Shown: positions 56,408-64,000 of the stretch, piece after piece
Layout: every line of letters begins with the position of its first letter
Numbering within the stretch: the first letter of the stretch is position 1
Virus record (IMG/VR): IMGVR_UViG_3300032313_000840
Location: 1 to 64,000 of that record
Source: a virus
Length of the DNA: 64,000 bases
Strand: one strand, 5' to 3'
The notes under the pieces: generated by a model
Databases searched by the model: none
What the model saw: only the letters and a program-made list of their open reading frames with translations
What the model was told of the DNA's origin: nothing
Made by a program: the position numbers and the translations under genes

Positions 56408-56638
56408 TTATTTGCGAGTGTTGCCCCGGTGGCCGTAGGCCACAAACAGAATCCCATCCGGGCTTCCTGCGAACAGCATCGTGAAGAAGCAGAGGAAGCA
56501 GGTGGAGGGCAGGAGCGCCCACCACAGCCATGCGTGGGGAGCGGGTTGGGTCAGCGCCCAGACCATCACGCCCGAAACGAATGAGCCGAGGAGGATGACG
56601 AGGGCAGAGAAGAGACGATTGCGAATGGTGGTGTTCAT
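56408..56638 (-). CDS. two-TM early membrane protein
   Basis: Leaderless; two hydrophobic helices. Confidence 0.65.
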   Translation of the reverse strand: MNTTIRNRLFSALVILLGSFVSGVMVWALTQPAPHAWLWWALLPSTCFLCFFTMLFAGSPDGILFVAYGHRGNTRK

Positions 56639-56689
56639 GTCGGTATTGTATCAGTTCGTGGTGCGTATGTCAAGTGCGCCGAAAGAAAT

Positions 56690-57037
56690 TTAGTGATTGT
56701 TCTCCGGGCAGTCCGCCGGGATCGCCACTTCGATAACGTCCTCAATAACGAAGGAGCGGATGCCGCCACGAGTGTAGTCGTAGTAGACGGTGACCGTGGC
56801 GTCCCAGTCGTTATCGCTCTTGGCGATGGCGATCTGCTCCATGCTATCACCGAACGCGGCGACAAGCGTGGGGTTCCGCGTGGCGAGCCGGCATTCGATC
56901 TGCCCGTTAGCCTTCTTGTAGGTGACCTGCACCCACCCGGAGGCGAGGAGGGACATCATGCGATCATGACGCTCGGAGAGAGTGCCCGTGAAGAAGGGGA
57001 GGACGATGCGCGAACGATTGGTGCGAGTGGTGCTCAT
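56690..57037 (-). CDS. WYL_2/DUF2693-like SH3 beta-barrel protein
   Basis: VTYKKANGQIECRLATRNP..VYYDYTRGGIRSF. Confidence 0.75.
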   Translation of the reverse strand: MSTTRTNRSRIVLPFFTGTLSERHDRMMSLLASGWVQVTYKKANGQIECRLATRNPTLVAAFGDSMEQIAIAKSDNDWDATVTVYYDYTRGGIRSFVIEDVIEVAIPADCPENNH

Positions 57038-57059
57038 GGCACCATTGTACCATAGACTG

Positions 57060-57159
57060 CTGCTGATGTCAACCCTTCGGAAAGAAATTTCTCAAAGTTT
57101 GTTCTAGGACTCAGGAGCACCGCTACAGAAATTTCTTTCCGAAGGGTTGACATCAGCAG
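57060..57159. promoter_or_regulatory. perfect 33-bp inverted repeat carrying divergent sigma70 promoters
   Basis: 57060-57092 is the exact reverse complement of 57127-57159 (AGAAATTTCTTTCCGAAGGGTTGACATCAGCAG). Confidence 0.9.
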
Positions 57160-57181
57160 AGAAGTATGCTACCATACTCAC

Positions 57182-57454
57182 ATGAGCACCACCACCACCG
57201 ACCCGAACGAATTCGAACACTTCCCCTGTGACTGCCACCGCCCCGAGCACGCCTACACGGATTCGTTGTGCCCGATGTGCGAGGAGAACGCGGAGCGGGA
57301 GCGCGAGGCCAAGCGCGAGGCCCGCAAGGCGCAGGATGACGCGGAGCGCGATGCCGACAACGCGGCATTCGGTGCGGCCTGCGCGAGCATGAGCCCCGAA
57401 GACTGGGACGCGGACAACGACTGGCTAGCCAGCGCAGGATGGGGGGAAATGTAA
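57182..57454 (+). CDS. acidic early protein with Cys motif
   Basis: Leaderless; CDC..CPMC; C-terminal DNDWLASAGWG. Confidence 0.65.
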   Translation: MSTTTTDPNEFEHFPCDCHRPEHAYTDSLCPMCEENAEREREAKREARKAQDDAERDADNAAFGAACASMSPEDWDADNDWLASAGWGEM

Positions 57455-57586
57455 CCCCTATGGGAAGCCCGTGACCTGCAATGCCTAGCCAACCTGCCGG
57501 CCCCCTCAGAGGGGGCCGGCAGTGTTATTATAGAAATCTCTACCATGCAGGTTGCAATGCGCGGCCTGGTGTGGTATCATACCTGC

Positions 57587-57829
57587 ATGAGCACCACTCA
57601 GAACAACACGGCTGAAACCTCTCGCCCCTGCTGCTGCGTTTGCGGCGCTGATCACGTGGACGATAACGTTCGCGCTACCGAGTATGGCGCCATGTGCGTC
57701 ATGTGCGTTGAGGATGTTCGCGCAGACATGTGCGCGGACGCGCATGAGCGCGACATGGGCGACTGCTACTGGGACCGCGTTCGTGAGTGTGACTCGGATG
57801 CCTACGCGGACTCAATAGACCGGGACTAA
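57587..57829 (+). CDS. Cys-rich acidic early protein
   Basis: Leaderless ATG 57587; CCVC..CVMC. Confidence 0.6.
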   Translation: MSTTQNNTAETSRPCCCVCGADHVDDNVRATEYGAMCVMCVEDVRADMCADAHERDMGDCYWDRVRECDSDAYADSIDRD

Positions 57830-57904
57830 CCCTCCCGCAAACAAATCAAATAAATTTCCACCGACCCCCTTGCAACCGAGGGGGCGGTGTGTTACAATAC
57901 GCGC

Positions 57905-58072
57905 ATGGAAAGCACCACCCACATCGAAGAAACCACCCGCCCCGTTGAGGTTCGCCTCGCCCAGCGCCCGAAGAATCTCGGGCCGGATGCTGCCTGGATC
58001 ACCGAGGAAGGCGTTGAGTACGCGGAGGCGCCAGACGAGGACACCTACTGGGACTGGTACTGGGGCCAGTAA
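57905..58072 (+). CDS. small acidic early protein
   Basis: Leaderless ATG 57905; hairpin terminator follows. Confidence 0.6.
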   Translation: MESTTHIEETTRPVEVRLAQRPKNLGPDAAWITEEGVEYAEAPDEDTYWDWYWGQ

Positions 58073-58461
58073 CCCCCCAGCCCACCAGATGCCCCCCGCG
58101 AAGCGGGGGGCATCTTTATTATTAGAGGTAGGGGGGAGGGGGGTATAGGGTAGGGGGGATGTGTCCGAGTAGTAATTTGGGTCCCATACACGGGGGGGTT
58201 ATCGGACGGGCTAGCCCCACCGACCCCTTCTAATTTTCTCTAATATTCTCAAAAAAACTTTTTGGCCACCAAATATCTCAAAAACCTTTTTGACCCCCTA
58301 TTGTCAAATACCTCACATATAATAAAAACTTTTTGGCCCCCCTAAGCCTCTCAAAGTCCATTTATAAAACGACTCCCTTTTTCAAAATACATGGAATGCC
58401 ATAAAAAAAATTTGGGCCCCCGAAGGAGCCCAAAAGTTTATTCAAAAATTTTTAAGTTATT

Positions 58462-58923
58462 TTATTGTCCTGGAGTTCTATAGACAGGAATGTTATCAGT
58501 TGGATTGCTGTCATGCTTAGCAGCAGAACCACCAAGTCTTTCTTGTGCACCCATCATTCCTCTTGCAATCTCTGCCTGTCCTGCGGGAGTTTGTGAGTAG
58601 GCTTCAATTCTTGCTCTGGTTGCTGCTTCACGCTCAGTACGTCTGGCTGCATTCTCGGCTCTTGAATGTTTTGCATACTCATCCATGTTGGCAAATGGCT
58701 TTTGGCCTGCCTTGGTTCTGCGGGCGTTTACTTCACCAAGTTGTCTGGCTAGTTCGGCTGCTTTCTGTTCGGGAGTCATGGCTTTTCTTTCAGCAGCCAT
58801 TTCTTTGTGAATGCTGCTGTCTCCAGCATAGCCGGATGTTTCATTGAGAATATTCTCAAGATGGTTTACTTTGGCTTGTAGTTGTTCGCAGAGATTCTTG
58901 TAGTAATTTGTTAGGTAATTCAT
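58462..58923 (-). CDS. late protein, probable capsid-internal protein
   Basis: MNYLTNYYKNLCEQLQAKVNHLENILNE leader. Confidence 0.7.
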   Translation of the reverse strand: MNYLTNYYKNLCEQLQAKVNHLENILNETSGYAGDSSIHKEMAAERKAMTPEQKAAELARQLGEVNARRTKAGQKPFANMDEYAKHSRAENAARRTEREAATRARIEAYSQTPAGQAEIARGMMGAQERLGGSAAKHDSNPTDNIPVYRTPGQ

Positions 58924-58942
58924 AAATTTATTCTTTCTTGTT

Positions 58943-59431
58943 TTAGCGTAGGCGAATGTTAGATGGCTTTCTTCCTTGAGCGAAGAAATTTGCAGTCATT
59001 TCTGATGGTGTTGGAAATGGTCTTTGTAAGTTTCCAGAAAATTGATTTTGCTGTTGGGCTGATTGGACTTCTTCTGAAGAACCTTGATCATCCATGTCAG
59101 GACCATCAAAGTTGTCTGGATCCATGTTGTCACCCCATGGTTTTTCTGTGGGAAGCTGACTGAGCTTTACACCAGTCTTGATGCCTTGTGCTTCAAGTGG
59201 CATGGTAAGATCTTCGATTCCGGGCTTGAGTGCACCTGCTTGTGCAAATTTTGTATGAGCGGCTAGTGCGCCTTTGTGTCCGGGAAGTTGATTCAGTCTT
59301 GCTGCGTCTGTTTCCAATCTTCCGAGTCTTTCTGTTCTCTTTGCAAGTTCTTTCTGCATCATTGCAGTGTCACCTGTATCAAGTGCCTTCTTCAACCCGG
59401 ATTCCTGTAGATATTGAATGAATGATTTCAT
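58943..59431 (-). CDS. late protein with internal-protein-like leader
   Basis: ATAAATA 5 nt before ATG; MKSFIQYLQE. Confidence 0.7.
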   Translation of the reverse strand: MKSFIQYLQESGLKKALDTGDTAMMQKELAKRTERLGRLETDAARLNQLPGHKGALAAHTKFAQAGALKPGIEDLTMPLEAQGIKTGVKLSQLPTEKPWGDNMDPDNFDGPDMDDQGSSEEVQSAQQQNQFSGNLQRPFPTPSEMTANFFAQGRKPSNIRLR

Positions 59432-59501
59432 GAAATTATTTATCAAAACCGAAAAATTGGAGGGGTGGCGGGTGGCCTAAATAGTCTTTTAAGGAGATAC
59501 T

Positions 59502-59660
59502 ATGTTAGATAAGATTAAGAATTTTGTAAAGTCTGTTTCGTCCACCACTTGGATCGTCGTTGCCGTAGGTGTATTGGCTGTGGTTATTTTGACCCTAGCA
59601 AGCCGTACCAAGGCTCCCGAGGCTGCTCCTGCAGCCGTAGAGGCTCCTGCTGCCAAGTGA
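59502..59660 (+). CDS. small single-TM protein (not in ORF track)
   Basis: AAGGAG SD; MLDKIKNFVKSVSSTTWIVVAVGVLAVVILTLASRTKAPEAAPAAVEAPAAK; terminator follows. Confidence 0.6.
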   Translation: MLDKIKNFVKSVSSTTWIVVAVGVLAVVILTLASRTKAPEAAPAAVEAPAAK

Positions 59661-59732
59661 GCCTATAAGTCACTATAGAACAAAAAGGGATCCAAGAAAT
59701 TGGATCCCTTCTTATTTTGAATTTTGTTTAAT

Positions 59733-61379
59733 TTATCTAGTTTTAAATTTGGTGGACAACAATGTTTCCATATATGTGTTGTCTACGGCTGATTTGGAAT
59801 TTGGAAGTCTTCCGAATCTTCTTACAAACTCTTCTTGTGCAGCTTTTTGTGATGCATTTGTTTTTACGCTTTGGGCATATCTGGCTCTTGCCATGGAATC
59901 GTTTTCCAATGCCTGACCTTCCATATTTGATCCTTTGGGAGATTGCTCACCTGTCATTGTGAGAGGCATGGATGATGTTCTTGCATTACGATCTTGCCAT
60001 GCTTTAAAGGCAGAATCAAAGGATGAAACTTCTTCCTTGGGTGCTACTGCGGCTTGTGGGGCTGCAGGTGCCTTAGAAACTCTTTTGCCCATTCTGTTTG
60101 CATACATCTGAGCAAGTTGTCTTGAACTTTCTAATGCTCCTGCTGATGTTGCCGATGGAGATGCGGTTGGGATTTCTCCTTGGCTTGCTTTTGCAGCAGC
60201 ATCATTTGCATTTAACAATTGATTTAACATTTTTGCTTGACGGTTGAGTCTTGCAGTTTCTTCTGGAGTTTGACCAGAATTATCTTCGCTAAATCTATAA
60301 GTTCTTTCGCCACCAATGCCTAAGAAGCCGCCCTTCTTTGCTTCACGGCCTCCAAAGAATTTATGTCCTTCTCCTCTTTGCAAAGCAGTCTGTGCCATTG
60401 CAACTTGTTCTTCTGGAGATAGTTTACCCCAATCTTCAGATTCGGGAACAACATAAGTTGGTGCAGTGTGTTTTGGTCCACCAATACCAATTTCAGTAAT
60501 TTTATCTTCTTCGGCTTTTGGTTGTTCTGCTTGTGCTGGTTGCTTTGAATATTTTCTACCAAATACATCTCCACCAGTCATTCTAGCAGTATAGAGGTTT
60601 GCAAGTTGTTTTGCACTCTCTGTTGCTCCAGTTTGAACGGGAGCCTGTGCAGCAGGTTCACTATAGGCTGAATCTTCTTGACCTTCTGGATAGATTGGGA
60701 ACTGACCGCGTTCTACATCAATTCCCAAACCTCTTTCTTCTTTTGGAGCAGGTGTGGTTTTTGGTGCGGCAGCTGGTGCAGCAGATGGAGTAGAAACTCT
60801 TGCAGGAGCAGATGAAGGCGCAGTTGCTGGTTTAGCTGCCTTTGCTTGATTTTGTAAATTTACAACATAATCTTTTGCTTTATTATAAGCATCGACTCCT
60901 CTTTGAGCAACTTGAGTAGATGTCATGGAAGTGTCCATGGGTCTTCCGGCATCACCACCCAATGTGTCAATGACTCCACGGCGCATTGCTTCAATTTTAC
61001 GAGGATCTTCTCCAAGTTTCTGGGCGTATCTCTCAACCCAGTCACCAGCAACGCGATCAGTTTTATAATCTGATGATTGTTTGATAGATGGATCTAACTC
61101 TACCTTAGCACTTGCACCTTGTCTTCTGGCTAGTTCTGCTTGAGCATCTCTATATGCTTGGTTTTGCTTATCATCAGAAATTGCTGGACCAAATGCATTT
61201 GATCTCTTATTTTGTTTCATCTGATCACGAAGTTGTTCATCACTGAAAGTTTGTTGGCCTTGACCAGTACCACTAAAGGTTGATGCAGGAGCATCTTCAT
61301 TCAATAAATTTTTAAGAATGTTAATTTTGCTTTGATATTGTTCGCACAAATTTCTATAGTGGTTAGTTAAGTAATTCAT
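59733..61379 (-). CDS. large A/Q/P-rich late protein, probable capsid-internal protein
   Basis: TATAAATA; MNYLTNHYRNLCEQYQSKINILKNLLNE leader. Confidence 0.7.
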   Translation of the reverse strand: MNYLTNHYRNLCEQYQSKINILKNLLNEDAPASTFSGTGQGQQTFSDEQLRDQMKQNKRSNAFGPAISDDKQNQAYRDAQAELARRQGASAKVELDPSIKQSSDYKTDRVAGDWVERYAQKLGEDPRKIEAMRRGVIDTLGGDAGRPMDTSMTSTQVAQRGVDAYNKAKDYVVNLQNQAKAAKPATAPSSAPARVSTPSAAPAAAPKTTPAPKEERGLGIDVERGQFPIYPEGQEDSAYSEPAAQAPVQTGATESAKQLANLYTARMTGGDVFGRKYSKQPAQAEQPKAEEDKITEIGIGGPKHTAPTYVVPESEDWGKLSPEEQVAMAQTALQRGEGHKFFGGREAKKGGFLGIGGERTYRFSEDNSGQTPEETARLNRQAKMLNQLLNANDAAAKASQGEIPTASPSATSAGALESSRQLAQMYANRMGKRVSKAPAAPQAAVAPKEEVSSFDSAFKAWQDRNARTSSMPLTMTGEQSPKGSNMEGQALENDSMARARYAQSVKTNASQKAAQEEFVRRFGRLPNSKSAVDNTYMETLLSTKFKTR

Positions 61380-61407
61380 AAAATTATTTATAAGCATAAA
61401 TATCTTT

Positions 61408-62760
61408 ATGGATCATATCACTCAACTGTACCAAAATCGTGCCAAAGTTCTACAAGAAGAAGTCAATCGTCTTGAAGCATTATTAGAGGCAGTGAAAGAT
61501 ATTGAAGTTGGAGATACTGAAGACGTTGAAGGTACTCCATCAAGAGAAATTTCTACACCAGCAGCTGGTGGTTCCAAAAAGAAAAAAGATGAAGATACAG
61601 CAGGACTTACAGATCAACAAATAGCACAATTACAATATGATCGTAATTTAGAAGCAGTTGGTAGCATAATTCCAAATACAATTAAAGGTGGTGTCGATCT
61701 AGCTAAATTAGCATACGACAATCCTAAGGGAACTCTTGCAGTTGGTGCGGGAGCTCTTGCTGGTCTTGTGGGACTAGATTATCTTACAAATAAAATAGCC
61801 AAAGCTGGAGCAAGGGCAGGCACAAATTTACCAGGGACTAGTAAAGTTCTTCAAGCAGGTTGGGAAATGCTACCACCTGCACGTATAGCTAGAGAAAAAG
61901 CCGAAAAAGCAATTGAAGCAGAAAGACTTGCAAAAGAAGCCGCAAGACAAGTTAAATTAGCAGGAGAAATGGGAGAATTGGATAGATTTGGTCAAACATT
62001 ACTTCCTGGTATCGATAGAGAAGCATATGATCCAAATACTTGGATAGAAGGTAGACCCCAAGGAATGGGTGCACCTAAAGAAACCCGTGGTATACCAGAT
62101 AAAGCTTTCGCAGCTGCTCGGCGTGTGGGTGGTGGAAATGTTCCTCTAGAACCAGAAACTTTAGCTAGATTAAGAAATAGAGCATATAGTGGGCTACCAA
62201 TAGGCGATCCTGAAGTGTGGAAAGAAGCTGGAGAAGGATTAAATGATTTGGTAATGACAGGTAAAGAAGTTGGAAAAAGAAGTGCTCAAATTGCCAAAGG
62301 TGCATTGGGTGCTGCAAGCAAAGGTTTAAACGCGATAGATCCATTATCATTGGGTGCAGAAGTCATTACACCACTTCTTGCAGGTAGTGAATTTGCTGCC
62401 GGTGTTGCAATGGCTCCACTTGCAATTGGTGCATTTACTTCAGAAGCCGGTAAAGGTTCCGATATAGTGGCACCGACTGAATATGAAATAAAAGCCAAAG
62501 AAGACTTGGCAAAAGAACAAGAAGAACAAAGAAAACAACAAGGGTTGGCTCCAGTAGATTCCATTACTTCTCCAACATCTTCTGTTGACGCTGCATCATT
62601 GGGTGCAGTTACAGTATCTCAACAAGATAGAGCGAAATTGGAAAGACAAGCAATGGGTGCAAAAACATCAACACCAAATTTAGATAGAATTCAAAAACAA
62701 AGAGAAATGTTACAAAGGCTTCAATCTGGGCCTAGAATGTTTGGTGGGGGTGTAAAATGA
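61408..62760 (+). CDS. late protein with Gly/Ala-rich hydrophobic helices, probable ejected protein
   Basis: ATAAATA 5 nt before ATG; MDHITQLYQNRAKVLQEEVNRLEALLE leader. Confidence 0.7.
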   Translation: MDHITQLYQNRAKVLQEEVNRLEALLEAVKDIEVGDTEDVEGTPSREISTPAAGGSKKKKDEDTAGLTDQQIAQLQYDRNLEAVGSIIPNTIKGGVDLAKLAYDNPKGTLAVGAGALAGLVGLDYLTNKIAKAGARAGTNLPGTSKVLQAGWEMLPPARIAREKAEKAIEAERLAKEAARQVKLAGEMGELDRFGQTLLPGIDREAYDPNTWIEGRPQGMGAPKETRGIPDKAFAAARRVGGGNVPLEPETLARLRNRAYSGLPIGDPEVWKEAGEGLNDLVMTGKEVGKRSAQIAKGALGAASKGLNAIDPLSLGAEVITPLLAGSEFAAGVAMAPLAIGAFTSEAGKGSDIVAPTEYEIKAKEDLAKEQEEQRKQQGLAPVDSITSPTSSVDAASLGAVTVSQQDRAKLERQAMGAKTSTPNLDRIQKQREMLQRLQSGPRMFGGGVK

Positions 62761-62942
62761 AAAGACTAGAAGATACAGTAAAAAAAGTATTGAACGAGAA
62801 TGCCAATAAACCTTCTCCTCTTGCAGAGATCTATAAGAGATCTGCAGAAAGAGTAAAGTTTTTAAATCCTGCTGCACAGACTGCTGATACCATCGCAGCC
62901 AAGTATGGCAATATGTTCAAAAAGAAATCTAATGGTACTTAA
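62757..62942 (+). CDS. hypothetical protein
   Basis: MKRLEDTVKKVLNE. Confidence 0.5.
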   Translation: MKRLEDTVKKVLNENANKPSPLAEIYKRSAERVKFLNPAAQTADTIAAKYGNMFKKKSNGT

Positions 62943-63071
62943 GGTTACTCTATAGTATCTTTAGATATACTTCTGTAGTATTTCTTTATAATTTATCTAT
63001 AGTAACTTTAAAGTTTCTGTAAGTATATCATGTACTTAGAGGCTGTCAAGTAACAATAAATACTTTTGGCA

Positions 63072-63317
63072 ATGATTAACAAAACCGAGAACAAAATTGG
63101 AATTTTCTTGACCCTGACTTACAACAGTAAGAATGAAGACAAGATGATTTCAGATTACATTGCTGAAATTCAAAAATTGAAGAAGTATCCCTTCAGCAAT
63201 GTGTTTATCAAAATTCCAATATATATTCTTGAGAAGTTTTTGAATAAAACCAAAGAGCGTGATTTAATGTATAAAGAGCTTCAATTAAAAGATAAAATTG
63301 CAGTAATACATTACTAA
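63072..63317 (+). CDS. hypothetical protein
   Basis: ATAAATA upstream. Confidence 0.5.
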   Translation: MINKTENKIGIFLTLTYNSKNEDKMISDYIAEIQKLKKYPFSNVFIKIPIYILEKFLNKTKERDLMYKELQLKDKIAVIHY

Positions 63318-63988
63318 TGCCAATACAAAAACGAACAACTGGTGCAGACAATCAAGTATATTCAAACTATAACATTGAACCTACTCAATTAAGCCCTGTT
63401 GACTATAACCAAGAAGATCAACAAAAATATTTACTTGCTTCAATAAATGAAGCAATGAAAAAAGATCTGTTTGTAAGCAAATTCAATCTTGGTGAAAAAC
63501 AAAAATACAATGGTTCGGATGAACAGATCCAGACATATGAAAATCTTGAAAATTCGGATCCAACATATGCAAGATACATTGTATCTCAATATGGATCTTA
63601 TCAGAATTTTTTGTTTGTGAATCAAATTCAAAAAAACTTCGACAGTGTATTTGATCCAAGATACGATATCAAAACAGATGTTACTGTTTATACAAAAGAA
63701 AAAGCATATAAGAGCGACCATATATCACCAAATGAAATAATCATGGAAGGTCTGAGTGGAATTTGTACAATTGATTATTTGAAGAAAAATGGAAACAGTG
63801 ATAGGTTTATTGGTACTTTAAACAAAAATATTATTGATTCCAACAAATCTTCTGAAAGAGTTCAATTTTTCAGTCCTCTAAAAGGCAATAGAATTGTAAT
63901 GTGGAATTTGATCAAAAAAGATTGGTCTTCATTTTATGTTGGCGGTCTGATTCGATTTGTCCGTGATGACACAATCGGAATTGAATAA
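63317..63988 (+). CDS. protein with C-terminal WYL_2/DUF2693-like domain
   Basis: CTIDYLKKNGNSDRFIGTL..VMWNLIKKDWSSF. Confidence 0.6.
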   Translation: MPIQKRTTGADNQVYSNYNIEPTQLSPVDYNQEDQQKYLLASINEAMKKDLFVSKFNLGEKQKYNGSDEQIQTYENLENSDPTYARYIVSQYGSYQNFLFVNQIQKNFDSVFDPRYDIKTDVTVYTKEKAYKSDHISPNEIIMEGLSGICTIDYLKKNGNSDRFIGTLNKNIIDSNKSSERVQFFSPLKGNRIVMWNLIKKDWSSFYVGGLIRFVRDDTIGIE

Positions 63989-64000
63989 ATAATATTGATG

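Overview
A 64-kb segment of a large T4-like myophage genome, probably uncultured. (1) 1-21 kb holds tail/lectin and membrane genes plus the T4-type replication and nucleotide core: dUTPase, gp43 polymerase, UvsX, gp40, gp41, gp61, ThyX, class II NrdJ, a RuvC-like protein and an exonuclease. An AT-rich ColC/ColD-like sugar-nucleotide pair is inserted there. (2) 18-45 kb and 58-64 kb are AT-rich late regions of probable capsid-internal proteins, with ATAAATA late promoters 5-7 nt before the ATG and T4 internal-protein-like leaders. They also carry tRNAs, a circularly permuted two-piece tmRNA (tag ANQLAMAA), an RMF-like protein and one of two PEP-CTERM-like proteins (the other is at 1.8-2.5 kb). 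(3) About 45-58.2 kb is a visibly GC-rich early island of short leaderless sigma70 cassettes. It is punctuated by six copies of a palindromic element (GCTACTATCA...variable hairpin...TGATAGTAGC), contains a perfect 33-bp inverted repeat with divergent promoters, and is bounded by G-quadruplex motifs and oriented GTCC/CCGATAA repeats. Nine tRNAs and several unassigned structured RNAs are present. All calls come from reading the sequence by eye; no searches or folding programs were run.
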